From Octopus sinensis (taxonomy: Eukaryota): a stretch of 63,943 nucleotides of DNA. Shown here one piece after another: positions 26,731 to 39,563 of this stretch. The stretch lies in contig NC_043006.1 of the NCBI RefSeq assembly GCF_006345805.1, forward strand, positions 21,824,058-21,888,000. Direction: 5' to 3'. Made by a program: the position numbers and the translations under genes. Within the stretch, counting starts at the first letter, position 1; the number at the start of each line of letters is the position of its first letter. Below the pieces are notes generated by a model. That model had not been told where the DNA came from. It did not search any database and was given only the letters and a program-made list of their open reading frames with translations.

Positions 26731-26941
26731 AAAATCTGGGAATTTTAAATAAAATAAATTTCCATCCGTCCATCTTCTCCTCCCATTGTTCCTGGGAGGG
26801 TTGCGGCGGAGTAGAGTCTTCGGACACTTTTTCCATTGGATCCTAACAAAAACAACCGTCATTTTATTTTTCGGCTGGATTCCCAAGCAAAACCAAGTGA
26901 GATTGCGGATATTATCCAACCATCGCGTTCTTGGTCTACAT

Positions 26942-27114
26942 CAGTGGTTCTCAGCTGGGGTCTGTATGGCCCTTGGGGAAATGGAGGTCCATATAAGATT
27001 TTGTTGTTAAAATTTATCGGCCATATAAATTGGTTATACATCTAAAATACACAAAATGTTTTAATAATTTCTTATACAATTCCTTAAAATATCTATATAT
27101 ATATAAACGGCAAA

Positions 27115-27148
<34 letters not shown>

Positions 27149-27593
27149 ATCCTTTATACAAATCCACAATTTTTCAGTTAGAGGGCTCGCACTTTCTAAG
27201 GTCATTCAAAACCGTCCAAGGGTGGTTGTGCACATCTTTACATTTCCCCAGTCACCCCCGCAAAGCCATTAAAAAATCAATAGAAGTGATTTTTGGTGAA
27301 TTTTCTATCCAAAACCCAATCAAAATGCCCGAAACTTGATACGCCAATTGAATGCCAGCTAGCTGTATGTGATTGGTCAGAGATTTGGTCAGTACACGCG
27401 TGTATGTGCGCACGCACGCAGCTGTATATGCATGCCCTAGCACTACGACCCGGCAACGCCGGGTCATAGTGCTAGTTTATTTATAAAAATATACGACTTT
27501 TTTTTAAACCTCGAATAACTAGAATGGTACATCTGAGCAAAATAAGAATCAAAGGGGTCCCTCGGTAAAAAAAAAAACGGTCGAGAAACACTG
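26942..27593. mobile_element. hAT-type MITE interrupted by a Helitron
   Basis: TIRs cagtggttctca / cgagaaacactg; 8-bp flanks gtctacat / gtttgcat (6/8). The same family occurs at 50047-50524. Confidence 0.8.
27092..27475 (+). mobile_element. Non-autonomous Helitron
   Basis: a|TCtatatat start, internal (GT)n, 3' hairpin gacccggcaacgccgggtc then CTAG|t. Confidence 0.85.
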
Positions 27594-27829
27594 GTTTGCA
27601 TCTTGGGCTCCTGTCTTGCGATTCTTTCTTGCAAGATTTATCATATTTCGTTTTTTTTTGGAGGCGGGGGGTTGTAGCTTTGTGGGATAAGTTAAGGTAG
27701 TAAGAAAATAGTGAAATATAAATGGATTTGATCTCTTCACTGGACTAAATATTGCAAAACGATTTTAATTTTCTGAAGGAAATGTAAAAGTTTCCAACTG
27801 AAGCCCGTAAGATTGATTCAATAATAAAA

Positions 27830-28075
27830 AGTTAGAGGATAACATACAAAATCTCTAACTTACATTAACAATAGTGCTTATGGCTCGTATAACTGCGGCC
27901 ATGGGAGAGAGAAGCTTTAGTAAATTAAAGTTGATAACGATATATTTACAGTCGTCCATAGCGCAAGACAGATTAAGTTCTTAGGCAAATCTGTCAATAG
28001 AAAATGATATTGTAAAAAGGCTAGATATAAAAAGTGGTGTGAAAATATTTATAGAAGCAAAATGGAAGAGAATAA
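27830..28075 (+). mobile_element. hAT transposase C-terminal dimerisation domain remnant
   Basis: ERSFSKLKLITIYLQSSIAQDRLSS*ANLSIENDIV. Confidence 0.8.
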
Positions 28076-28275
28076 AGAACTGTTTCAGCGAAGGTAATGT
28101 ATCTATTTTTCAACATGTTTTTTTAATCATATTCTTTCATTTTTTTAAAGGAAAATCCGCTACAGTTACTTCAGCTCAATAGCATACGTGGAATTTCTAA
28201 AAGTCTTACAAACTCTTCTTCACTCCGTGTTTGTAACAAAATATACCGAGAACAATGCCAGTAATGTTGATACGA

Positions 28276-28337
<62 letters not shown>

Positions 28338-28484
28338 TCACTTTCACTCTTTCTCTCTATATTTCTATCTATCTATCTCTCCTCTTTATCTCACATATAC
28401 ACACTTTCTATCCCGCTTCTTATATTAGCAAAAGAATTCAAAATATTGAAAGTGTATCTTTAAACAGTCTTTTTTACCTTTTTT

Positions 28485-28897
28485 ATTCTTTTACTCTCTT
28501 TTACTTGTTTCAGTCATTTGACTGCGGCCATGCTGGCGCACCGCCTTTAGTCGAGCAAGTCGACCCCGGGTCTTATTCTTTTGTAAGCCCATTACTTATT
28601 CTATCAGTCTCTTTTGCCGAACCGCTAAGTAACGGGGACATAAACACACCAGCATCGGTTGTCAAGCAATGCTAGGGGGACAAACACAGACACACAAACA
28701 CACACACGCATATATGTATATATACACATATACGACGGGCTTCTTTTCAGTTTCCGTCTACCAAATCCACTCACAAGGCATTGGTCGGCTCGAGGCTATA
28801 GTAGAAGACACTAGCCCAAGGTGCCACGCAGTGGGACTGAACCCGGAACCATGTGGTTGGTTAGCAAGCTACTTACCACACAGCCACTCCTGCGCCT
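28485..28897 (-). mobile_element. SINE family B
   Basis: Family match. Confidence 0.92.
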
Positions 28898-29093
28898 TGC
28901 ATAATATTCTAACAAACATTTAATTTCTACATTTGTAGTTTTCCTTCCTTGTGAAGGAAAGTATTTAAAACCATGCAAGGGTACGCAAATTCTGCTTGAT
29001 TGAAGCCCCGACAAGGCTAAAGACGACTCGACATGCGCGTGTGTGTGTGTGTGGTGTGTGTGTGTGTGGTGGTGTGTGTGTGTGTGTGTGTGT

Positions 29094-29156
<63 letters not shown>

Positions 29157-29702
29157 TCTACCCAAATTACAAGATTAAGCTTCTCAAAACCAGAAAGTTT
29201 ATTCGAAGACTAGAGATCCAAGTCATTATTGGAACTGTAAACACCTGTAAAACTTTTCAGAAATTTATCTTTCGAAACGGGTAATAGATAGTCAAAAACA
29301 TGATTGCATCGAAGAAAATGCTTTGCTGTATTTAGTTGTTAGCCGTTACGTTGTAAGTTCAAATCCTGTTGAGATAAACTTTGCCTCTCTACCGTTTGGG
29401 GTCAATAAAACGGAGTACGAGTTGAGTACTAATGGTCCATGCCATTGACTTTATCCATTTCCTAAATGTCAGGCCTTTAGCCAAAGTTAGAGAATGATGT
29501 AAATAAATGTAGAACAGAAAGGAGCAGTGAACCGGAACAAAAACCGTTGAGCGTCCGATTAAAGGACTCGCAATATTTATTCTGACTCATTACGTTTAGA
29601 TTTGAAATACGGTCAAGGTCAACTTTGTTTTGACTTTTCGGAGTTGATAAAATAGAGTACTGGCCAAGTAATGGGATCAATTTAATCGACTGCCGATTTG
29701 TA

Positions 29703-30269
29703 TTGGGTTGTCCGGAAAGTTCCTGCCGATTTTTTAAAGGAAAGGAAAAGGTCAATAAATACTTGCCATTACATTTTTAATCAACCAAATATGAACCATT
29801 TTGTTGCACAGTGTGTCTCCATCTTTCGTTTACCTTGAAAATACCCTCTTCCCAGAATTGAGGTGGTTTCATGGTGAAGAATTCACCACGGTATCTTTTT
29901 ACGTCATCCAAGGAATTGAAATTTTTACCATTAAGACTATTCTGCAGAGACCTGAATAAGTGGAAATCTAAAGGAGCAATATCTGGTGAATACGGAGGAC
30001 GGGGTAACACATCCCAGCCGAGCTGCAGCAATTTTTGTCTGGTTCCCAAAGCATCAAGTGCCGAAAATGAACTTTCTTATCTTCCATTTTAAAGGATTAC
30101 AGAATTAACACAGGTAATAGGAACATAAACCTTCTTCCACGAAAAGATAACTTAAACTGTGCTCTAAATGGATGTGTAGTCAAATCCTATTTTATGGACT
30201 CAACCATGTTCTAAAATAAGTCGAAAGGTAAGCTGCTATAAATCGGCACGAACTTTCCGGACAACCCAA
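29703..30269 (-). mobile_element. Internally deleted mariner element with intact ends
   Basis: ~30-bp TIRs ttgggttgtccggaaagttc(c/g)tgccgattt with TA on both sides. MEDKKVHFRHLML is fused to the C-terminal WDVLPRPPYSPDIAPLDFHLFRSL segment. Confidence 0.93.
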
Positions 30270-30513
30270 TACCATGTTACAGATTATCATGGTACAATAG
30301 AGCCCAAACGTCTGTTCACCCTTGAGGTTCTTGCGGCGTGTGATGTGATACACCAATTTGGCTACATTACTATCACATCAGTATTATTTATATGTAACAT
30401 ACCACACTGCATGTTAACATGCACGCATTCTTTCGTTTACGCATTCTTTTGTTCACGCGCGCGCACATTTTTTCGTTCGCTCATACACACATACATTCTT
30501 ACGTTCACTAAAG

Positions 30514-30562
<49 letters not shown>

Positions 30563-30616
30563 AAAGGAAAGGTAAAGTTCACATTGGTGAGACTTGAACT
30601 CAGAGATCGAGGAGAA

Positions 30617-30883
30617 TACCTATTTCTTTACTACCCTCAAGAGGCTGAACACAGAGAGGACAAACTAGGGCAGACAAACGGATTAAGTCGATAACATCGA
30701 CCCCAGTGCGTAACTGGTACTTAATTTATCGACCCCGAAAGGATGAAAGGCAAAGCTGACCTCGGCGGAATTTGAACTCACAACGTAACGGCAGACGAAA
30801 TACCGCTATAATCGACTTAATCCGTTTGTCTGTCCTTGTTTGTCCTCTCTGTGTTTAGCCCCTTGTGGGTAGTAAAGAAATAT
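30617..30883. mobile_element. SINE family A, minus copy joined to an inverted plus 3' fragment
   Basis: Minus copy 30617-30807, then aatcgacttaatccgtttgtc...agtaaagaaata on plus. Confidence 0.85.
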
Positions 30884-30889
30884 TAACTT

Positions 30890-32212
30890 TGCTCCAGAGA
30901 AAAGAGAAACCACATACAAAAACATCATTCTCGAGACAGAAGAGTTCTTATGAGACAGGATAAAGATCTCCAATCGCTTAAATAAACAACTTAATGACAG
31001 CGAGAAATCCCTCCTCAAAGAGAGACTTTTAGAGATCGAAAATAAACTCAGACACACCCATGAAAAGGAAAGGGAAGAAAGAAAAATCAGGGCAGTGGAA
31101 AATATAAAAATAAATCCTAAAGCCTCCAACAAGTTCGCGAAGGAGTCTGCCTCAATGCACTACAAGATAGAGCCACTGTTTGAAGAAGATGGTTTGCTAA
31201 CTGCAGGCCCCAAGAGGATAAGTGAAGTACTAAATAAGCAATTCCAGGGTGTCTTCACCTCTCCACTGAGAAACTGGCAAGTAAGCGACCCTAAAGAGTT
31301 TTTCGACAGTGCAGACCTACAAAGGAAAAAGGCAATTATCGATGACATTGACATCAAAGAGGAAGGTGCGATAGCGGCCATTGAGCTCAAACTCAGCAAC
31401 GGACCCGGATGGATTCCCGGCTGTTCTAAAACATGCAAAAAAAGCTCTGGCAAAACCACTGCAGATACTTTTTCAGAGTTTCCTTGCATGTGGAAAACTT
31501 CCCAAACTATTAAAAGGGTGTTTCATATGTTCTGTCCATAAAGGAGGAAGCAGAGAGGATGCTAAAAATGACAGGCCCATATCTCTAACTTCACACGTTA
31601 GCAAGGTTATGGAACGCATTGTCACAAGGAGACTGATAGCGTTCCTAGAAGAGAATAACTTGCTCACAAACACCCAACATGGTTTCCACCCAAGGAAGAG
31701 CTTCCTCACACAACTATTAAAACATTACGTGACTTTGGTAACACTGGAAAACTGGGAGAATGGTTGCACGACTTTTAAAAGTCAGGCAGTTGCAGCCAAT
31801 GGTGCTCTCTCTCTCTCTCTGGAGAGACATCAATCCGCAGCGGTGTTCTTCAGGGAACTGTACTGGGGCCACTACTATTTGTAGTAGCTCTCACAGACAT
31901 GCCTTCTGCCATACAATCAGCCAATCTCACCAGCTACGTTGATGATACAAAGGTATCTCAGGCAGTCGAGGATCCTGGAGACATGCGAAAACTGCAAAAC
32001 GACCTCTCTTTCTTTTCTCTTTTACTTGTTTCAGTCATTTGACTGCGGCCATGCTGGAGCACCGCCTTTAGTCGAGCCCAGTACTTATTCTATTGTAAGC
32101 CCAGTACTTATTCTATCGGTCTCTTTTTTTGCCGAACCGCTAAGTGACGGGGACGTAAACACACCAGCATCGGTTGTCAAGCAATGCTAGGGGGACAAAC
32201 ACAGACACACAA

Positions 32213-32249
<37 letters not shown>

Positions 32250-33722
32250 CGACAGGCTTCTTTCAGTTTCCGTCTACCAAATCCACTCACAAGGCATTGG
32301 TCGGCCCGAGGCTATAGCAGAAGACACTTGCCCAAGATGCCGCGCAGTGGGACTGAACCCGCAACCATGTGGTTGGTTAGCAAGCTACTTACCACACAGC
32401 CATTCCTGCATGCAATATATAAATAGACTGATGAAAATAACATGCATTTCAATGCTAACTTTCAAGCACTCCACTATCAGCCCACAGACTACAATCAGAA
32501 TACAAAGGAGCAGAGGGCAGTTCAATCCCAGAGTTAGAATCGGTGCGTGATCTGAGAATCCACATGAGTAATGATGCAACATTCCATGTACAAATGACCA
32601 AGAAGACAACACTGTGCGGGCGAGAGGCTGGATGATCTTTAGATCCTTCAGAACCAGAAATAAGGATACCTTGCTACTCCTACGGACGGCTTTTGTTCTC
32701 AGTCATCTGGATTTCTGCTCCCAACTGTGGTCGCTGCAGGGCGTCAAACTGGTGGTGGAACTTGAGACAATCCAGCGCCACTACACAAAGAAGATTCACT
32801 CGGTGAAACAGATAAGCTACTGGAATAAGCTACAAGAACTGAAGCTCTACACTCTGGAGAGAAGGCGAAAAACGTATGCAGTGATATACACATGGAAGGT
32901 CTTGGGAGGTCTAGCTGCCAACTTTGGAATTAAAAGCTATACCCATTTCTTTATTACCCACAAGGGGCTAAACACAGAGGGGACAAACAAGGACAGACAT
33001 AGGTATTAAGTCGATTACATCGACCCCAGTGCGTAACTGGTACTTAATTTATCGACCCCGAAAGGATGAAAGGCAATGTCGACCTCGGCGGAATTTGAAC
33101 TCACAACGTAACGCAGACGAAATACCTATTTCTTTATTACCCACAAGGGGCTAAACACAGAGGGGACAAACAAAGACAGACATAGGTATTAAGTCGATTA
33201 CATCGACCCCAGTGCGTAACTGGTACTTAATTTATCGACCACGAAAGGATGAAAGGCAAAGTCGACCTCGGCGGAATTTGAACTCACAACGTAACGCAGA
33301 CGAAATACCGCTAAGCATTTCGCCCGGCGTGCTAACGTTTCTGCCAGCTCGCCGCCTTATATTAAAAGCTATACCAACCACCGTACAGGACGGCACTGCA
33401 TAATACTAAAGATACCATCTTCTATATTTCGGATAAGAAGCCAGTATCACAACAGCTTGGGTTCCAGGGGACCGCAGCTGTTTAACATCCTGCCAAGCAA
33501 CCTCAGAGATTTGCGAGTTGTAGATGTGGAAACCTTCAAAATGCATCTGGACAGGTTTCTATCTGAAATCCCAGATGAAGTCACATCGCGGCAGGAGGCA
33601 CAAAGAAAAGCAGTTCCGACCAACTCGCTTCTTCACCAAAAACAGTATAGAAAGGCGAAACAAAAAAACACTAAAATGTGTGCTCCAGTATGGCCCCAGC
33701 CTCTGGCTGAAACTAGTAAAAG
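30890..33722 (+). mobile_element. Decayed CR1-group LINE ORF2 (RT and C-terminus), interrupted by SINE B (32005-32409) and a SINE A dimer (32944-33357)
   Basis: RPISLTSHVSKVMERIV...QHGF, YVDDTKV, FVLSHLDFCSQLW...LETIQRHYTK...LERRR and GPQLFNILP occur in order, with frameshifts. Confidence 0.92.
32944..33357 (-). mobile_element. SINE family A dimer (full plus truncated)
   Basis: 15-bp TSD attaaaagctatacc at 32929-32943 and 33361-33375. Confidence 0.93.
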
Positions 33723-33739
33723 AGTATAGATAAGATAGA

Positions 33740-33770
<31 letters not shown>

Positions 33771-34524
33771 GCAGGTAGGCAGATAGATAGATAGACAGAC
33801 AGACAGATAGAAAAATAGATAGATAGATAGATAGATAGACAGATAGATAGATAGACAGACAGACAGAAAAATAGATAGATAGATAGATAGATAGATAGAC
33901 AGGCAGATAGAAAATAGACAGACAGACAGGGACAAACAAGGACAGACATAGGTATTAAGTCGATTACATCGACCCCAGTGCGTAACTGGTACTTAATTTA
34001 TCGACCCCGAAAGGATGAAAGGCAGAGTCGACCTCGGCGGAATTTGAACTCACAACGTAACGACAGACGAAATACGGCTACGCATTTCGCCCTGCGTGCT
34101 AACGTTTCTGCCATCTCAACGATTCCAGATAACACCCTCCAATAATCACAAAGGCTTGAAATTGGTGTGAGGAAGTAGGGAGTCCGATTTTGTTGACTCT
34201 AAAAGGATGAAAGGCAAGATCGACCTCGGTGCAATTTGAGCTCAAAACTTTAACACAGAAGAAATGCCGCTAAGCATTTTGTCCGGCGTGCTAACGATTC
34301 TGCCAGCTAGTCCTGAATTCAACGAAGTCTAGAACATTGGATTATAATAAAACCAGGGGAAATTACTATGCATATTGCATATGGAGTTATTTCCCTTATT
34401 TTTTTAGAATAGATTTTTTTTTTTGTTATTTCAAGAATTACGAGAATTAATGTGCCTTCCATATTTTTTTTAAGGTTGTAAAGTGTGTTCTATGAAACAA
34501 AATTCGTTTTTTTTTTACTATATC

Positions 34525-35157
34525 AAATCAAGGACAAGGCATATCTCTAAAATTGTCAAGAAGGCCGAGGGTGTCTTGGCATCACTCAGCAAGACTTTTG
34601 TTAGCCGCTCTCCAGCCATCTATTTAAAACTGTATACAGCTATGGTACGACCACACTTGGAATTCGCATCATCAGTTTGGAACCCCTATCTTGCTCAGAA
34701 CATCGACCTCCTGGAATCTGTCCAGAGACGTGCAACCAAACGCATACCCTCCATCAGACACCTACCATATTCTGAGCGCCTTGTTTCCCTGGGCATGGAT
34801 TCACTGAAGCTCCGGCGTCTGGCGACGGACTTGGTAAACACCCACAAAGTTATCAACCACCTCACCAACAACAACACTGAACACCTTTTTGATCTCCATG
34901 TGTCTAACACACGTGGACATGCCTACAAAGTCAGAAAACAACACAGCTCCCATGACTTTTGGAAACATTTTTTCACGCTCAGAGTTGCTGAAGCATGGAA
35001 TAAACTGCCTGCGTCAGTTGTTGACTGCCATGACACTGCATCCTTTAAGGCCCTCATGCTTTCCGAAATCCGCCGAAACTACACCTGATTATGTATACAC
35101 TTTAGATGAGTTGTAGTGCACCTGAGCACTGTACACAATTATTATTATTATTATTAT
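34525..35157 (+). mobile_element. 5'-truncated CR1 LINE 3' end with (ATT)n tail
   Basis: VRPHLEFASSVWNP...LESVQRRATK...NTRGHAYK...FFTLRVAEAWNKLP. A second copy with a longer 3' UTR is at 41285-41637. Confidence 0.93.
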
Positions 35158-35189
35158 AAAGTGGTCAGATAGAAGGCTCGAAATTTTCT

Positions 35190-35392
35190 AGCGTGGCATT
35201 ATTTCTTTATTGCCCACAAGGGGCTAAACACAGAGAGGACAAACAAGGACAGACGAAGGGATTAAGTCGATTACATCGACTCCAGTGCGTAACTGGTACT
35301 TTATTTATCGACCCCGAAAGGATGAAAGGCAAAGTCGACCTCGGCGGAATTTGAACTCAGAACGTAACGACAGACGAAATACCGCTAAGCAT
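35190..35392 (-). mobile_element. SINE family A monomer (other monomers at 33925-34115, 42093-42325, 50117-50347, 51520-51750, 52993-53224 and 57218-57445)
   Basis: Family match; several have TSDs, e.g. tattcttattgt around the 42093 copy and tatacttc around the 50117 copy. Confidence 0.9.
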
Positions 35393-35886
35393 TTCGCCCG
35401 GTGCGCTAACGTGCCTGCCAGCTCGCCGCCTTTTAAGCTAATAAATATAGGATGGAGAAAGCCCAACTGACACACACTGCAAGCAAGAAGTTTGGTGACT
35501 TTGCCAAACCAGAGAGGACTGAAAACGAAGGCAATAAAGGCAAATAGTGATGAAATAACTGACCTCCAGGTTAAATATTCAACATGTTTTCTGCAAAACC
35601 TTGCGTTTATAACTCGTTTGTTTCCTGTCTCCTTTTCGAAGGGTTGGACAAGTACTTTGAGTCATTCTTTTACAGCAGATAACTTTCCAGTCACTAACTC
35701 TTGTTTTCTAAGTAAGGGCTTCTCAATTTGTCTTCTTCGAAAGTACAGAGCTGGTGGACGATTTTGTGACAGGACATGCCAACATCATTTTCTTTTTCTT
35801 TTTTCTCGCAGTTCTTTCATGACGTTGAATGTAAGTACTCAGAGATGCACTCGCGTACACACACAACTGGCTTCTATATAGTTCCT

Positions 35887-36255
35887 GTTAAGTTAAGTTA
35901 AGTTAAGTTTTTGGCTCAAAAAGCAAAAAGCAAGGCCATGTAGGACGGCATGGAGTTATGTACATGGAGGGTGTTCATGCAAAGAGTTCAGGCCATTTCT
36001 GGTCAAGAGAGACTTTGAACCGAGCGGTCGTCGGCATCTTCACTATCTCGTCCGCCAGCTTATTCCACGGATCCGCAACCCGGACGGAGAAAGCCCCTCT
36101 CCTTCGATTGAGATGAAATCGTCGCAGATAGAGCTTTTCGGGGTGACCCCGCAGCCGACGCTCTGGGGCAGGAGTGAAGAACAGCTCTTTCGAAAGGTTA
36201 CACTTTCCGCTTATGATGTTGTGAGCAAGAATGAGATCACCACGGCGTCTTCCTA
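35887..36255 (-). mobile_element. CR1-type LINE 3' fragment with (CTTAA)n tail
   Basis: RGHPEKLYLRRFHLNRRRGAFSVRVADPWNKL on the minus strand. Confidence 0.85.
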
Positions 36256-38091
36256 TCTACAAATTCCACTAACAAAGAATTGGTTAGCTAAAATGATAAA
36301 ACAGCTATATGATAAAACAGACTCCATTGAGGATAGTGATGCTCTGTATCGACAAGACATATTATGAAGTAAAATCAACAAAGAGCACAATGCACTTGAC
36401 ATGAAGAGTGGAGAAACCAACGTTTCAGAGAGTCCTACTAAGGCTATAGAAGACATGTGCGCAAAGTGTTGTGTAGTAAGATAGAACATGAGACCACAAC
36501 CATGCCTACATACTGATAATATGATATGGGATGCAGCAAAAAGAAAAAGAAAAAACCCTCCCAGCTTCATCATCCTTGGCCATGTAACATCTGGGAGCTT
36601 CTTCTGATAAACCTTGTATTATAAATTAACAGCTAATATTTTCATACAAGGCTTGGGTCTCGTTAGTAAGTCTATTGTTCTTGTTTGAGGTTCAGTTCTT
36701 AAATCATTTAACTCTTCGTTTAATGACCACTTTCCCATGCCTGCATTGAGTCAGATGGAGTTTATTTGAAGCAGGTTTTCTATTGCCTGATGCCCTTCCT
36801 GTTGCCAACCCTCACCTCTTTCCAAGCAAGGCAGTATTTCCCTATGGCTATACATCTTCTCACAAAATATTAGAAATGGGTGACATTGCTTGTAGGACTA
36901 TGACACTCGTTTACAACTATCATGCAACGTCAAAACAAGTTAACAAATCACACACACACACACACATCATCATCATCACCTCGATTCCCAGACAGGCGTT
37001 GTGTGTGTTTATTGAGCGAAAACACCTAAAGCTCCACGAGGCTCCGGCAGGGGGTGGTGGTGACCACTGTTGTACTCTTTCGCTCCAACTTTCTCTCACT
37101 TTTTCTTCCTGTTTCTTGTCCCCGACTTCCTACGCAACCGCTGAGCCTGGATGCGCATTCATCCATCCGTCGATGCTCTCGGTGTCGGGGGTTGACCTGC
37201 TTTCTCTTCTGTGAGTCTTACGAATAGCAAAGGACCACGTTTCGGACTTCTCCCATCTTGCGAGCTCTGGGACGAAGACCGTTCGCTCAACAGCATCGTC
37301 CTCACCAACATTTAGCATCCAATCTCCATGCTTGCATGTGTTGGACGATTGGGTAAGAGTTGGCAAAACAGAGGGTAGCACCAACCTCTATTGTTTGTTT
37401 TGGCATGGTTTCTACAAGCTTCTTTCAGTTTCCATCATCAACCAAATCCACTTACAAAGGCTTTAGTCAACCCAGAGCTATAGTAGAAGACACTAACCCA
37501 AGGTGCCGCGCAGTAGGACTGCATCCAGGGCCAGGTGGTTGGGAAACAAACTGCTTACCACCCAACCATGCCTACAACTCAATATATTGATTTCAAATTT
37601 TAGCACAAGGTCAACAATTTCGTGGAAAGGATAAATCAATTACATCGACCCCAGTACTCAACTGATACTTATTTAATCCTCTCCGAAAAGATGAGAAGCA
37701 AAGTCAACCTCAGCAGTATATCGTCCGTCTTTACGTTTTGGGTTCAAACTCCGCCAAGAATTTTGCCCGACATGCCAACTCACCGCCTTTGAAACTCAAT
37801 ATGTTAATAGCTAACTCCCCAGAGATTTTATTACAACTGTCAGTGAAAGTCTGTGAATACTGTCTTCATTGCTAAAATTATTAGAAGTGTTTAGTTTCGT
37901 TTAGGCAAACTCAAACAAGCAAAGTTACAGGCTTTTTCAGGAACACATAAGAAATTACTAAGATTTGGACTAGATCCTGACTACAGTACTTCCACATATA
38001 GTGAAAGTGTTCTGTTTTTTGTATACTGAAATTTTCTGCATACTGGAATTTTGTTTCTTCGTAAAAGGATCTGCTGCACAGCTAAATACCC

Positions 38092-38504
38092 ATTTCTTTA
38101 TTACCCACAAGGGGCTAAACACAGAGGGGACAAACAAGGACAGATAAAGAGATTAATTCGATTACATCGACCCCAGTGCGTAACTGGTACTTAATTTATC
38201 GACCCCGAAAGTCTGAAAGGCAAAGTCGACCTCGGCGGAATTTGAACTCACAACGTAACGGCAGACGAAATACCTATTTCTTTACTACCCACAAGGGGCT
38301 AAACACAGAGAGGACAAACAACGACAGACAAACGGACCAAGTCGATTATATCGACCCCAGTGCGTAACTGGTACTTATTTAATCGACCCCGGAAGGATGA
38401 AAGGCAAAGTCGACCTCGGCGGAATTTGAACTCAGAACAACACGGCAGACGAAATACCGCCAAGCATTTCTCCCGGCGTGCTAACGTTTCTGCCAGCTCG
38501 CCGC
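38092..38504 (-). mobile_element. SINE family A dimer
   Basis: ctaaataccc direct repeat at 38082-38091 and 38505-38514. Confidence 0.92.
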
Positions 38505-38770
38505 CTAAATACCCTTCTAACTAAACACTACCATTAAGAAGCAAATTTGGGGTTGGGGGTAGCAAGGAAACTTGAACAAACAGTTATGTACTTTCATACA
38601 AGTCCAACAAAATATCTACAGCTATAAGATTTGAACTCACCATGTGATCAGAGTTTCAGCTACAGAACACTCGTAGTTTACAGGATATACATCACAGGAT
38701 ATATTACAGGGTACATTTATATATATATATATATATATAATATATATATATATAATATATATATATTAAA

Positions 38771-38901
38771 AGCGCAGGAGTGGCTGTGTGGTAGTAGCCT
38801 GCTTTCGAACCACATGGCTCTTGGGCGAGTGTCTTCTGTATAGCCCCGGCCGACCAATGCCATGAGTGGATTTGGTAGACGGAAACTGAAAGAGCCTGTC
38901 G

Positions 38902-38933
<32 letters not shown>

Positions 38934-39134
38934 GTATGTGTGGTGTGTGTTTGTCCCCTAGCATTGCTTGACAACCGATGCTGGTGTAATTTACGTCCCC
39001 GTCACTTAGCGGTTCGGCAAAAGAGACCGATAGAATAAGTACTGGGCTTACAAAGAATAAGTCCCGGGGTCGATTTGCTCGACTCCAGCATGGCCGCAGT
39101 CAAATGACTGAAACAAGTAAAAGAGTAAAGAGTA
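38771..39134 (+). mobile_element. SINE family B with small deletions, followed by a partial SINE C (39150-39315, minus) and (GAGT)n/(GA)n
   Basis: Family match. Confidence 0.88.
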
Positions 39135-39423
39135 TATATATATATATAAGACCAGGTCATCAGTTGTGGCGAAAGAGTACAGCAGGGATCGCCACCACCC
39201 CCTGCCGGAGCCTCGTGGAGCTTTAGGTGTTTTCGCTCAATAAACACTCACGACGCCCGGTCTGGGAATCGAAACCGCGAGTCCGCTGCCCTAACCACTG
39301 GGCCATTGCACCTCCATATATATACATATATATATATATATATGTATATATGTGTGAGTGAGTGAGTGAGTGAGTGAGTGAGTGAGTGAGTGAGTGAGTG
39401 AGTGAGTGAGTGAGTGAGTGAGT

Positions 39424-39468
<45 letters not shown>

Positions 39469-39472
<4 letters not shown>

Positions 39473-39563
39473 ATTCAATAGCCCAGATAACCGAAGAGAT
39501 GGTATTGTGGATTTCCACCTCGGCATCCGAAACTCAGAGTTTTATCTTGGCTATTGAATAATT
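39469..39563 (+). ncRNA. Hammerhead ribozyme-like motif, type I topology, core variant CCGAAGA
   Basis: 22-bp helix I (1 mismatch); CCGAAGA at 39491-39497; helix II GATG/CATC; GAAA at 39529-39532; 2-bp helix III; GUU triplet at 39539-39541. Confidence 0.55.

Noticed and set aside
35480-36560. Long read-through frames flanking the CR1 fragment (e.g. LAKMIKQLYDKTDSIEDSDALYRQDIL*SKINKEH...)
   Set aside because: In-frame stops and no recognised motif; a BLASTx would be needed.
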